From Mantamonas sphyraenae STR306 (taxonomy: Eukaryota; Protista; CRuMs), in assembly GCA_026936335.1 (NCBI GenBank), contig JAPMXV010000029.1:682001-746000 (forward strand): a stretch of 64,000 nucleotides of DNA, in the 5' to 3' direction. Both the position numbers and the translations under genes were made by a program. This document shows, piece by piece, positions 1 to 15,461 of this stretch; the first letter of the stretch is position 1, and every line of letters begins with the position of its first letter. A model generated the notes under the pieces. It worked only from the letters and a program-made list of their open reading frames with translations, was not told the DNA's origin and searched no databases.

Positions 1-1071
<1,071 letters not shown>

Positions 1072-1152
1072 GGCCAATGGGTTTTTGTTTTGCTTGCGAT
1101 GCGCGTTCCCAGAACCCTCCTCTCTTCCCTGCTGCATCTCCACGGGCGGAAA

Positions 1153-4100
1153 TTAGTGCAGAAGTCGGTTAATCTGCGGCGTGCCTGCAATCGAGCTGGC
1201 GTACTTCTTCTGCCTACGCTTCAGCGACATATAGTAGCTGCGCTCCGAGTCCGCAAACACCTCCTGCTCGCCCATGTGCTTGATGTATCCGCTGTCCAGC
1301 AACTGTTGCGCCATCTGTACTGCCTTTTTGCGCGACGTCAAGGCCTTGCGTTCGTTCTGCTTGATGGCGTACTCTGCGCTGCGTAGGGCACTGTCTCCGG
1401 CAGCAAGCGACTCGACGTCTTCCAGGTCCATGCGCATGTCTGTGGTCGACACCGACGCAAACTCCACGTCCAACCACTTGCTGATGATCCAGTCCACGCA
1501 ATGGCGTCCGGTGAAGCAACGCTCACCCTTGTACTTGGTGTGAGGCAGGGAAGAGTTGCGTGCGGTCATCTGCTCAAACAGGTTGTTCAGCACGTCCGGG
1601 GCGAACATCTTGGTGGTATTGTCCTGCATAAAGTAAAACTTGAACTTGGTGCGGTCAAATGTGCTGCGCTTGAGTACGGGCAAGAGCAGGTTCTCCCCTT
1701 GCAGGCTGAGCGCCAGGCTGCTGGCCGTTTCCACTGAGCACAGAAAGGCGTTCTGGAACCACTGCACCAGCTGGCGTCCACTGCAGCATGTCTTGCCCTT
1801 GTACACATCCCAGGGGATGTCGTCGACCACCCGCATGTAAATGCACAGAGCGCGTAGCTCCATGCCACGGCGGCCCAGGGTGCCGCCGTTGTCTCCGTTC
1901 AGCATCTCCATGGCCAGGTGCGCCGTGAGTGCCGAGCACAGGTCAATGCTCCTGTCTGCACGCTCACGAAACATGGTTTCCATTTCGCCAATGACGGTGG
2001 ACACGAGCGAGGACTGCAGAAACAGCGATGCTTGCATCAGCACGTTGCCGTCACCCAACGAGTTGACCAGAACCTCCTCTGCTTCCGACAGCATGCGAAC
2101 GACGTCGGGCATGTCACGCACTGTCATCAACTGGTTGAACGGGGCAATGGAAAAGGACTGCTGCATCTTGGAGGCGGTCCCGGAAACACCGCCGGAAACA
2201 CCTGCGCCTGCAAGCTTGTGGCGCATGGGCACACGCACAGCCTCGCTGCGAGCTGTTCGCAAATGCAAGTCGTTCTCCACGTCAAACAATCGCCTTTGCT
2301 GGATGTGTTCTTGCAGGCGACGCCTGCACCTGCGCAGGGTTAGCTCAAACTGTAGATGACCAATCGAGTTGATGGTCCTGCTCACACGCTCCATCACGCG
2401 CTCAAACAGGTCATAGTCGCATGTCAACAAGGCCAGATCGAGCAGCAACAAGCCGGATTCGCCCACCAGCTGATGCATGTTCAGATCTGCAGCCAAGGAC
2501 AACACCTTGGCCAGCTCGTTGCGGCCCTCGTCGACGTTGCCACTCAGCAGCTTCAGCTTGCCATAGTGCATGCCAGCCTGTGCCATCCAGTGTTGATTGC
2601 TGTCAAACTGGAACAGCTGCGCACTCATGTCCAGGTTCTTGTAGGCGGTGGATAGTTGGCCCAGATCTGCCTGCACTTGAGACAGGCCGAGTAAGCACTT
2701 GGCCTCCTCTTGCACGGCTCCCAGGCGGCGCGCAATGCGAAGTGCATCCTCAAACCAAAACACAGAGAGGTCATACTGCTTTTCCATGTGTAATGCAGCT
2801 CCGAGGAGGCGCATCAGCCTGCACTTGCTCACACGGTCGCGCGCAAACCAGATGCGCTCCAGACCCTGGCGCGTGGTTTCCTCGGCCAGATCGTAGAAGC
2901 CCTCGAGCATGGCCAGCTCGGATTTGACCATGCACACCTGCGCCGTCTCGCGGTTGCCGTCCATGAGGTCTTCGGCCGTGTTGATCATGCGGTTGGCCAG
3001 CCGGAATTCGCTGATGCGGCCCGCGCTCTTGGCCATCTGCAGACACAGGGTGAACTTGATGGCTCGGATGTCGTACAGATCCTTCAGATCGACGGCTTGC
3101 GTGAGGATCTCGTCGATCAGATCCAGCCCAAGCTGGCCGTGCGAGATGGCGATGGGGTACAGCGAGCGGTGGACCAGATCCTCCACAAAGTTTGCAACCA
3201 GAGGCAGACAGGCCACGGCGTCGTTGCTCTGCTCTGTGTGCAGGTAGCGCTGGATGACAGTGGTATAGTTTTCCTGTGTCATGCTGGCATACTCTGCTGC
3301 GCAAAACTTGTGCAGCAGCTCGCGTCGGCTGTCTGGGATGTTGCTGTACACGGCATGGCGAACGGCAGACGAGTTGAACAGCACGTGCACGTCTGTGTAC
3401 AGCTGGTTGCGGGACACAACGAGCAGCTGCTCTTGGCACAGAGCAACCAAGGCTTGGTGTGAAGAAGCAGCGTCGTCGTCTCCTGCAGACACAGCTGTGT
3501 ACACACGCTCGAGGATCTTGGTGTCGATGGTCATGGTGTCGTTCAAGAGACACGCTGCAACACTGAGCATGGTTTTGATGCTGTCGCAGTGCTGGTGTTC
3601 GCGCAGGCGTTGAACGACGCACAGGTTGAGCGCCTTTTGGCATGCCTGTTCGTTGTATGTGGCAAAGTTGCGAATGGGGATGGTTTCCGGCGTGCTGTGG
3701 TTGAGGAACTTGTAGCTGTCCCAGCAGTACTTGCAGATGTCGCCCACGCCCTGGGTCACGGTGGGCGACAGAAACTTGCACTGTAGCTCGGGTTTGCTGC
3801 TCTCTGCGCCGGCCACATCACGTGTTCCGCCTGTAGAGGAACTGCGTGTCAAGCGAGGCGATTGCATGACCTCGTTCCAGGTCATGGAAACGGAGCGGAC
3901 GCGGGACATGCTCTGCACAGACGGTGTGGACTCGAGGGGACCGGTGGTTGGGGCCGCGGGACTTGAGGGTGAACGCGCGCCAGTTCCGGGCGAGCCTGAC
4001 GAAGGTGAACGCACGGCTCCGTTGACAGTGTTTGCGCGCTTTCCACGTGACACAATCTCGTCTGTGCCTGGGTCCGCGGCCTCCATTGCCAGACGGCGTA

Positions 4101-6941
4101 CGGCGCTGTTGAGGATCATTGCGGTTGTGCCGTCGCCTGAACTCGTGTGCTTGCCGTTGTCTCCATTGTTTTCCTTTGCTGTGGAGGAAGAGGAGGAGGA
4201 GGCGGATGAGTCTGTGGAGGAGGAGGAGGCCGTGGCGGCGGTTGTTGTGCGTGCGCGAGTCGCTCTGGCGTCCACGCCATTGAGAAAGGTGCGCTCGTGG
4301 GCAGAATGGGTGACGACACCAGTGCCGTCGAGGTTTCCTGTGTCGGTGACCATGGTGCCTGTGTAGGAGACGTCGAGGGAGGAGGGAGTCTCGACGCGGA
4401 CTGTGCTGAGAAGGGAGAGTCCCTTTAGAGGGAGAGGTTGCTGGTGCCTGCGGGGAGGCTGCTCAGGGGCTACGACGGTTGGGCCGACGTCTGGATAGGA
4501 GTTCATGCGCTCAGCCATCTCGGAGAGGGCGATGCTGCGGCGGCGGTTTATGCCGTCGTAGTGATAGATGATCATGAGCGGGTGCTGCTTGGTTTGCATG
4601 ATCACGCTGTTGAGGATGCGCACAGACATGTCGTCGCAGAGATGGAACATCTCGATGAGGATGGCGACGGGGAACCAGTTTGCGTGGAGGACGGGATCGT
4701 CGAGGACATGGAGATCTGAGGGCACGATGCGGGGCCGTCCGTGCTCAGTGCCAAAGAGAGAGCTCATGTGGCTGTGGTGTGAGCGGATCTGCTGGACAAG
4801 AAACATGTGGACAGCCTCTGCGAGGGCGTGACACAGGGCTGAGGGATCGTCCTGCATGGATTCAAAGATGGCGGGCTCCTCAAAGCGGTCGGGCATGAGG
4901 ATGAAGCGAATGATGTTTGCGTGGTTGTTCTGCAGCTCCGAGGTGGCGTCTGAAATGAGAGAGGCGGCTTGGGAATCGTTGAGGCGGAGCTGGCGTTCGG
5001 TGGCGATGAAGGAGCGGAGGATTTGGGAGAGGGAAAAGGGAAACAGGTCCATGAGGTAGTGAGGGAGGGTGCTTGTGTTTGGCAGAAGGACGCTGACATG
5101 GACGACTCGTGCGCCGCGTGTGTGGAGCCAGCGATTCCAGGCCAGAAAGAGCACCTTTGCCTCTTCGATGCGCTTGTCGACGGCGACAACGCTGCAGTTG
5201 GGGATAAGTTGGAAGGCGTACTCCAGCTGCATGTTGTCCTGTGTCCACTTGGGTTTGCCCGGATCAGTTTTCCACCAAAACAGAGCTTGCTCGATCTGGA
5301 GAATGGAGTCATGGTGCTCGGAGACACCCATGCGGTTGTAGACGTCGTTTGCCATGACATAGTTGTGCTGGCGGTTGAGGAAGCTTGCAAACTGGGCAGC
5401 TTTGATGTCGCTCTCGAGGGCGTCCTCAAGGAGGAGGAGGTAAATGTTGACGGGGTCCTGGAGGACGTGGAGGCGGCCAAAGAGGCGGAAGAGCAGAATG
5501 GGGAATTCGAGGAGCTTGTTGCTCTTGCGAAGGACGAGCCAACCAATGATGAGGGCGGCGACAAAGGGGAAGAGGTGGAGCTGGAGGAGCTGGTCGTTGG
5601 GAATGGACTTGTCAAAGTGGTTGACCTGCCCGATGGCAGCCCAGGCGAGGGAGAACCAGAGAGAGGAGAGCACCTGGTTGGTGGTGTGTTGGTACGGCTG
5701 CAAAAGGTGAAGACTGACGTTTGCAGCGATGGTGGCAGCGACGCGGAAAAAGTAAAAGATCTGTTGGAGGTCTGGTTGCGGGGGTACGCTTGTGGCGATG
5801 ATGACAAGCCAGCAGGCCTGGGAGAGGAGGTCGAGGTAGTGTGTACGTGTGCTAAGGAGAGCCTTTTCGGTTGTGGTGTGAATGTTGACTGCGCTTGCCC
5901 AGGTGAGGACGAGGTGGAAAAGCATTGCGACAAAGCTGCTGGCGGCGTAGGGGAGTGTTTGTGCAGAAGGGACACTGTTGGGGTGTATGGTGTGGGCAAA
6001 CGGGGACGACGAATACGCAGACAGGCAGATTGAGATTAAGGGGGGAGGGTGTTGTGGGGGACAGTGTGAGTGTGAGCGGGGGGTTGGGTAAGCATCATCT
6101 TGGGTGGCGCGCAGGAACGTCGTGCAACCGAGACAGAGCTGGGTGAGCAGTGGACATACATGATAGCGGTCCAGAGGGAGTACTGTATGGGTACATAGAG
6201 AGGGTACATGCTAAAGTAGGCCATGGTGCCTGTGGCGCGCGCCAGGAGGCGGTGGTGCGCGGCGGGCTCCAGAGAGGAGGATTCTGGTGGGTGGAAAACG
6301 CATCATCCGCACAAAAAAAGTTTGTGCGGTTCGGAGGGTGAGTGAGCGAGAGGCAGCGGGCGGGGGTGTGGGGAGGAAGGAGGGTGGGCGGAGACATACA
6401 AATAGACAGAGAAAAAGAGGAGGGTCTGGAGGTAGATCCAGAGGTTCACACAGAGGAGGACAGTGGGACCGAGGACAATTGGATCGGCAAGGAGGACGGC
6501 GATGATGCCCGAAAAGGCGGGGATGGAAGCTAGGGAGTATGAGAGGAGGAGGCCGCTGAGCTGGAGCCACTGGAGAGTGATGTAGGTGGCAGGGAAGATG
6601 TACAGGAAGAAGGTGGCGGCGACGGGCGAACGCATCAACGAGCCCGTGGAAAACTGGAGCTGGAGAAAGGTGCCTGTGAGGGCACGGTAGTGTCTCCAGT
6701 TCCAGGAGAGGCGCTGTTTGTGGACGACGCGGTCGATGTTGTTACTTTTAACATCGATGCGATCTGTGCTTTCGCTGCGGTAGGGGTTGAAGAGGTGGCT
6801 GACGGACGGCCTGCCGCGGCGCTGCCTGCTCTGGTGGTTGCGTGCTTGCATGGCGTTGGAAGAGCGAGCAAGGTCGTCATCTGCCCAGGCATCGAGGGTG
6901 TTGTGACTCCCAGGAGAGTAGTCGACGCCAGGATCGCGCAT
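1153..6941 (-). CDS. Large multi-pass membrane protein: N-terminal TM bundle, degenerate STAND/AAA-NTPase-like region, TPR-like repeats, two C-terminal DEP domains
   Basis: A 1590-aa open frame (5925-1153) is extended by hydrophobic upstream exons from ATG 6941 (MRDPGVDY..., ITLQWLQLSGLLLS, MYPLYVPIQYSLWTAI). An intron at ~6160-5976 is phase-compatible; the first intron boundary is uncertain. STAND-like helical motifs are MLSVAACLL and FNSSAVRHAVYSNIPDSRRELLH. TPR-like helices lie at ~3150-2350. DEP motifs are CCSGRQLVQWF and CFTGRHCVDW...SRKKAVQMAQQLLDSGYIKHM..FADSERSYY. Confidence 0.8.
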
Positions 6942-7119
6942 GGGGGGCCACAACAACGATGTCCAGTAAGTGTTGGCGTGGCGGGAGGGCTGCGAAGCAG
7001 ACAGTTGCGAGGAGCATTGATCAAGGAAGCGGAGGGAGAGAAGGGAAACGCCGTGGAGATGTGAAGTAGACGGGGTGGGGGTTGTGTTGTGTGCGTGTGT
7101 CGCCGGAAGGGGGGTTTGA

Positions 7120-8294
7120 ATGCCCGGGTGTGGCCTGCGGCCAGGCACGACTTTTGTCCGGACTGACACAAAGGACGGACACATGGACGGACACAGCATC
7201 CGGGAAGGGATCGTCTAAGCAAGAGAAGGAAAAATGGGTGCAAGAGCTGGACGAAAAGTGCCACGAAGAGGAGTTTATGCACACGGAGGAACTGCCGCTG
7301 TCTGACGGAGACTTTGATGAGCTTGTGGAGCTGTGCCACGGTGACAACGACGCGTTCGACCTTATTGTGGACAAGAAAGATGTGAAGATCTACAAGATGA
7401 ACGACAGCCGATCGGGAGTGCATCTGATCAAGGCGACGTCGACACTGGCCAAGATCCCGCCACGAGTTGTGTTTACGCTGCTGTACGACCTGGAGCTGCG
7501 GCACGATTGGTAAGCGAAGCGTTGGGGGGGTGCGGGAAGGGGAGGGGATGGGCATGGGGCGGTGACAGTGAGAAACAGGCGCAACAGAGACGAAGAGGCA
7601 TGTGTGGCATGCGAGAGTGGGGCGCAGAGGAGGGGTGAAAAGCGGCTGACATCGCAGGACCGTTTTTGTACGCGCAGGGATCCATTGCTGGTGGACATGG
7701 AGAGCCTTGAGCGATACGACGAGAACCAAGATGTGATCTTCTTTCGTGTGGAGGGACCCATTGGGATTGCAGACCGGTAAGTGGTCGGGCAGAGGGGAGA
7801 AAAACGGAAGCGGGACTGAGGTAGAGAGAGAGGGAGCGGACTGCGGTGGGACAATCTCGCTGACTTGGCATGGGGCGACCTGGGCTTCACTGGACACAGT
7901 GAGTTTCTGCAGTACCGTGGGCGGCGGCACGAGAAAGGGCGTCATGTGATTCTCTTCAAGCAGGGACCCAACGAACTCGTGGAGGAGGTGGACGACCGAG
8001 TGCGCGCGGAAACGCTGATTGCCGGCTACGTAATCGAGCCGCACAACGGCGGAAGCATCGTGACGGTGGTGTCACAGAACGACATCAAGGGAATGATGTA
8101 AGTACAGACGGGGGCAGATGTGTGGGGAGGCACCAGAGCCCACAGAGAGTGTGTTGTAGGCTGACACTCAGCGTTGCGCGGGTAAACCTGGCAGCCCCAA
8201 GTCAGTTGTCAACTTGTTTGCCTCGAACCAGCCGCTGAAGTGGTTCCAGAAGTTTGAAAAGGTGGTGGACAAGTACATGAAGGGCGAGCTGTGA
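7120..8294 (+). CDS. START-domain lipid-transfer protein (STARD10/PCTP-like); start codon uncertain
   Basis: Exons ..7509, 7678-7776, 7900-8097 and 8195-8294 splice in frame and give VFTLLYDLELRHDWDP...IADREFLQYR...GYVIEPH..GSIVTVVSQNDIKGMIPKSVVNLFA, typical START motifs. Confidence 0.88.
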
Positions 8295-8340
8295 TGTGCT
8301 ACGGCGGGAGATACTTTTTCTGGATCGACGACTCGGGACA

Positions 8341-8374
<34 letters not shown>

Positions 8375-8436
8375 AGACAGACTGACTGACAGTGAGACAG
8401 TCAGACAGAGAGACAAACACACATACACACACACAC
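8341..8436. repeat. (CA)n microsatellite with CAGA/CTGA variants
   Basis: Pure ACAC run at 8341-8369 followed by degenerate CA/CAGA repeats, located between convergent 3' ends. Confidence 0.9.
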
Positions 8437-8518
8437 TGTGTTTGCAAACGCATGCAAACACACGCACACGGGGGAGGCAAACAAATGGAAACGCGTTTTG
8501 TTTTCGCTTCTCCGCTGT

Positions 8519-10402
<1,884 letters not shown>

Positions 10403-10481
10403 GACTGTCGGAAAGTGGCGGTTTGTTTGGACTTGGGAGAGCGGCTTGCTGGCCACCCAACGCAAACACGCGGAGGAAGCG
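10403..10481. promoter_or_regulatory. Putative bidirectional promoter between divergent SRP54 and USP39
   Basis: Only ~80 bp separate the two divergent start codons. No specific motif was identified. Confidence 0.5.
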
Positions 10482-12173
10482 ATGTCGTCAAAGCGGAGCA
10501 GAGAGAGCGTGGAAGAGGAGGGAGTGATGGGAACAGGGGGGCAAGACACAGAGAAGCGGCAACGTGTGGTGTGTCCGTACCTAGACACAATCGACCGCAG
10601 CAAGCTGGACTTTGACTTTTCGAAGCAATGCTCGGTGACACTGAGCGGACACAACGTGTATGCGTGCCTGGTGTGTGGCAAGTACCTGCAGGGACGAGGT
10701 GTGAACTCGCAGGCATACTTCCATTCGTTGCACGAGGACCATCACGTGTTCCTGAATCTGCACAGTGGCAAAGCGTACTGCCTTCCGGACGACTACGAGG
10801 TTGTGGACCACTCGCTGCACGACATCCAATACCTGCTGCACCCGACATTCACCAAGGAAGATGTGGCGCTGATGGACGGCAAGGAGGTGCCCAAGGTGGA
10901 GGACCTGGAAGGCAAACCGTTTGTGCCGGGGGTCATTGGCATGAACAACGTGCACGACAGCGACTACATCAACGTCGTACTTCAGTCGTTGGTGCGCGTG
11001 CAGCCGCTGCGCGACTTTTTCTTGTTTGAGGCCAACTACAAAGGGGTAGGTTGCAGGTGCGACGAGTTGCGGACAGCGGAAGATGAGCGCGCGGGAGCGA
11101 GAGGTGCTGACACGGAGACGGCTTGTGCGTGCGTGTGTGTGTGTGCGTGTGACGCGTCATGTGGGTGTTTCTCTTTCCCTCCCTTTCTCTCACAATGTGT
11201 GTGTGTGTGTGTGCATGTGTGCAGTGCAAATCTGAGCTGGTCAACACATTTGGCGAGTGGGTGAGGTCGTACTGGAACTTTCGGCGCTTCCGGGCGCACA
11301 ACAGTCCGCACAGGATTGTAGAGGCCATCAGCGCAGCTAGTGACATGCGCTTTCGCGCAGACAAACAAGGGGATCCTGTGGAGCTGTTGTCGTGGCTTCT
11401 GAATGCACTGCATCGCGGGTTAAAGAGTGCGGAAGGCAAGGGCAAGAACGTGGTACACCGAGTGTTCCAGGGTCAAGTGGAGATCACGTCGTACAAGCTA
11501 TCGGCGCCGGAAAAGGTGGAAACACGCACAGTGAACTTCTTGATGCTGTCGCTGGACGTACCACCGCCACCATTGTTCAAAGACGCTGACGAGAAGATCA
11601 CGATTCCGCAGATTCCGATCGACACGCTGATGCGCAAGTTTGACGGGGAATCGGAGCATCTGGATGCAGTGAGCAAGAGCATGCGCAAGTACAAGATCGT
11701 TCGGATGCCTGTGTACCTGTTGGTGCACATCAAACGGCTGACGCGGAACCGGTTCTTTGTCGAGAAGAATCCAACGATTGTCAACTTTCCGATTGTGAAC
11801 ATGGACGTGAGCGACTGTGAGTTTGGTTTGGGAGGGAGAAACGACAACAGGGAGGGAGTTTGTGTGAAAGGAGAGGGAGATGAGGGAGATGTTGGGTGCA
11901 CTGACACAAACGGGGAGCGGATCTCAGATGTGCCACACGATGGCAAAAGCCCGTTGGTTTACGATCTGGTGTGCAACGTGGTGCATGAGGGACTTCCCGG
12001 AGAGGGGAAGTACAAGGTACACGTGCCAAACAGAGGCACGTGGTACGAGATCGAGGATCTGCAGATGGCCGAGGTGTTGCCGCAGTTGGTGCGTATCTCG
12101 GAGAGTCTGCTGCAGGTGTATCAAGGCAAGGCGAGCAAGAAGAGCAAGATTGAAAGCAACAGCAGCAACAGCA

Positions 12174-12211
<38 letters not shown>

Positions 12212-12232
12212 GGGGATCACAGCCGCGCGTGA
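10482..12232 (+). CDS. USP39: U4/U6.U5 tri-snRNP-associated protein 2 (USP39/Sad1)
   Basis: ZnF-UBP motif CPYLDTIDRSKLDFDFSKQCSVTLSGHNVYACLVCGKYLQGRG. Catalytically dead Cys box GMNNVHDSDYINV. Also FVEKNPTIVNFP and WYEIEDLQM. Introns 11046-11224 and 11817-11927. Confidence 0.96.
12158..12210 (+). repeat. (AGC/AAC)n trinucleotide repeat encoding a Ser/Asn tract at the USP39 C-terminus
   Basis: aacagcagcaacagcagcaacagcagcagc... directly visible. Confidence 0.9.
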
Positions 12233-12260
12233 CAAGCCACCGAAAACGAGAGGCTCGTCC

Positions 12261-14063
12261 ATGCGGCTGAGCTTCAAACAAGGGACGCAATCCATTGCAC
12301 ATGGCCAAGATGGCTCGCAGAATGCATACGTCTGTAAGCCCAACCGATGCGCGATCAGTGTGGCGCTTGAAGACGAGGAGGGACGAGCGGTGACGTCGAC
12401 GCAGGAGCAGCTGCGATTCCGATGTGCTCTGTTTGAGACGAACGATAGCAGTCGAGAACTGAAGAAACTGGACGGGAATACAACATGTGTGTCGCACAGT
12501 GGCTCTGCGACATTCCAGTTTCGCGTGAATGTTTTGAGCGGACGGGACCGGAAGATGTTCTTTGTGAGTTGCTGCGCAATGGGTTGATTGGAATGCAGTG
12601 GGGACATGTCGGGATGCATGATGGGAGGCGAGATGGGACATGAAGGTTGTGGAAGGGGCGCGAAAGGGCGGGTCGGGGAAGTTTCCGGCGCTGCTCGGGC
12701 GGGTTTCCTCGCTTTTTCTGAGCGGCGGCAGGGAGCAAAGCAGGAGTGGAGAGAAGACGGACGGAGGTTGTTGGAATGGTGACGGGGAGGTGGATGTGGT
12801 GAAGTGAAAGGCAAGCGGGGATTTGGTGTGGAGGAAGCAGATGTGGCCATGGGCTGACTCAGTAGACGGGGATCGTGGACACAGGTGCGCGTGAGCGTGG
12901 AGGACACGGAAAGCGGGGCGGACTACGCGCAGCCGATCCAGACGGACTCCTTTCTGGTGTACTCGAAGAAGCCGCGGCACAGCACACAGAGCACACAAAG
13001 CACAAACGGAAGCAGCAACGGAGAGCAGGGATACCAGGAGGTGCAGAGCAGCAGCAGTGAGAGGCTGTTTGCAGAAGACGGGGCAAGTGTGTACGTGGGC
13101 GGCGGCTACGGGAGTGAGCGGCGCGGGACTGGGCGGGCAAAACGAGGGATGTCGCCTGGGCTGGACTACTTTGTGGTGGACCCACATGACAGCAAGCGAG
13201 TGCACAGCAACACAGGTGGGGCCGTAGGGATCCACGAGGCGGCGGACATGGGCTTGGACGACGATCTGGGCGCAGGGATGAAGGGCCTGAAGGGTCTGAA
13301 GGGTCTGAAGGGGCCGGTGAGCACGCACGGGAGCGGGATCGCAGGAACAGACTCGAGACGACGAGGACACACAGACACAGTGGACGACTTTCACCTAGAC
13401 CTGGAACACAGCGATCTGACGGTGGCAGCAAAGACGCTGGCGCTCAAATCGCTGCCTAGACCAGGCTCAGGGAGTAAACAACCGCGCTTTGGAGACAAGT
13501 ACCTGCGCAGCTCACGTTCAAGCAGCGTCGACGGGGCGTTTGCGCAATACAGGGACGGGAGCGGAAAGATGGAAGAGGAGGTCGTGGACTCGCCGCTGGA
13601 CATTGACGAGGATGAAGTGCTGTCGCGTGTGATCGACCAATCGGTAGGTTGTGTGTGGTGTGTGTACGAGGGTGCGCGATTGCGATGCTTTGTGCTGACA
13701 TGGCCAGGAAACCGCGTGTGTGCACAGTTGGAAACGGCCAGCTCGGCCAGCCACGCGCAAAAGGCGCTGGTGGACAGCTTTGAAGGGCTGGAGATCCCAG
13801 ACAGGAGTGGGGGCGGGCACAAGGGTGACGGGGAGGCGGAGGGTGTACATACGAACGGGGAAGGAAGCGGGTGGGTGCAGCTGGAAGGAGACATGTCGGA
13901 CGAGCAGCGTTCGCATTACCAGGTGCAAGCGATGCAAGCGCAGGTGATGGCCCTGATTGGACAGCTGCAGGACGAGCGTGTGGCGCGGCTGCGGGCGGAG
14001 CAGGAGGTGAAGAAGCTGAAGCAAGAGCTGGAGTGGATGCGTGCATCGGAAATGGGAATGTAA
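12261..14063 (+). CDS. Uncharacterised protein; N-terminal beta-sandwich resembling Velvet/CudA/p53-RHD-type DNA-binding folds, C-terminal coiled coil
   Basis: Exons 12261-12563, 12885-13643 and 13728-14063 splice in frame. Motif ATFQFRVNVLS..KMFFVRVSV...PIQTDSFLVYSKKPR. The C-terminus has a heptad region (LQDERVARLRAEQEVKKLKQELE). Confidence 0.6.
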
Positions 14064-14147
14064 GAAGTGGGGCGATTGCAGAGAACCACGGGGATGGATG
14101 TGCGGGTTTGCAGGGAAGGCCCGTGTGCAGGCAACCAAATGATTGGG

Positions 14148-15185
14148 ATGTCGCGCGGCTCCGTTTTGGTTTTCGTGTTGCTGGGCTGCGTGCTGGGGGC
14201 GGTGCGGGCCACGGGAGGAGTGAACCCGACCAACCAACCTGGCGGGGTGATGAACAGTATCGATGCGTTTTCTGTGGCGGAGGAGGAGAGCAACGAACGC
14301 AGTGTGGAGCTGGAAGGGCCGTCGGGAAAGAAGCTGAGCTGCGTTTTCAAGTACCAGACCAAAGTGGCGAGCAAGGATGCGGGTGGTGAGGAAGAGACGG
14401 CCAAGGTGGGGATGAGTGCGCAGCAGGCGATCGGACGGCTGCGTGGCAAGTGCATCCAAAAGCAGGACGGGTACTGGACGTACGAGGTGTGCGTGGGCAA
14501 GCATGTGAAGCAGTGGCACGACTCGGACGTGTACATGCTGGGCAAAACAATGAGCCCTGCGGCAGCAGACGCAACAACACAGGAGTACACAGACGGTACG
14601 CCGTGTGGGGCTCTGGCTGGGCGAGAGCCGCGCCGGGCAAACGTGGCGTACTTTTGCTCGGACAGCGAACGGCTGGAGACGATCCGAGAGGACAGCACGT
14701 GTGTGTACCAGGTGGTAGTGTCCACACCGTCGGTATGTGACCACCCGGCGTTTGAAAAGAGCAGCCAGCAGTTCTCTTCGGAAGACCAGCAGGAGGAGTG
14801 GTACCTGGAGCTGGAGCGATTCCCCGACACAGGCGGCTACGCGTGCTCTGTGCAGCTTGCGGGCGAAAAGATGCGCACGTCGAATGTGCACTTTGATCGC
14901 TTTTCGGTGCAGCTGGTGCAGTCGGGCAGCAAGATGCCACATCCACACACACTGAGCGCGGTGGTTGCTAGGTAAGTAGTGGGGGTGCGAGGGGAGACCT
15001 GGCCGGCGTTGGTTGTATTGAAGAGGGTGTGCGGACCACTGACACACAGGTGCAGACATGGCAACCGACAGTCATTCGAGGCCGCAGAGGTGGCAAACGT
15101 CCGGGGCTCCTCGCAGTTGGCTTCCACGGACAAGTTTACGGGCAAGATGGAGTTTGTCCGCGTCGTAACCGACCAGGAGATCTAG
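14148..15185 (+). CDS. ER lectin of the OS-9/ERLEC1 type (MRH/PRKCSH domain) with signal peptide
   Basis: Signal peptide MSRGSVLVFVLLGCVLGAVRA. MRH motifs KCIQKQDGYWTYEVCVGKHVKQWH, YTDGTPC, PRRANVAYFC and IREDSTCVYQVVVSTPSVC. Intron 14972-15049. Confidence 0.85.
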
Positions 15186-15461
15186 AGAGGGACAAAGGAT
15201 CGGTCAGGGAAGGCGCAAGATGACATTTTCTGGCCCTTGGGGGAGGCACTGTGTGTCAGGGTCGATGTGGGAACGAGAGGGGAATCGAGAAAAGAACGAA
15301 CTTTGGCGCGAATCCGCGAGCGCTGGCTTGGAGTCGTCAGGGACAAAGGCAAAACGAGAATGAAAGCCAGGACGTGTGGAAGGATGGATGAGCTGGTGAG
15401 CGGATGAAGCGGGTGTGGTCTGGGTGTCCATCTGCATTTGTGTGGATGGGTGCGTGCCTGC

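Noticed and set aside
11880-12260. Overlapping dual-coding poly-Ala/poly-Ser frame at the USP39 end
   Set aside because: The (AGC)n repeat keeps all frames open. The next gene is adequately explained by the ATG at 12261.
15170-15185. C-terminal DQEI as an ER-retrieval signal on the OS-9-like lectin
   Set aside because: It only loosely resembles KDEL/HDEL and cannot be supported from sequence alone.
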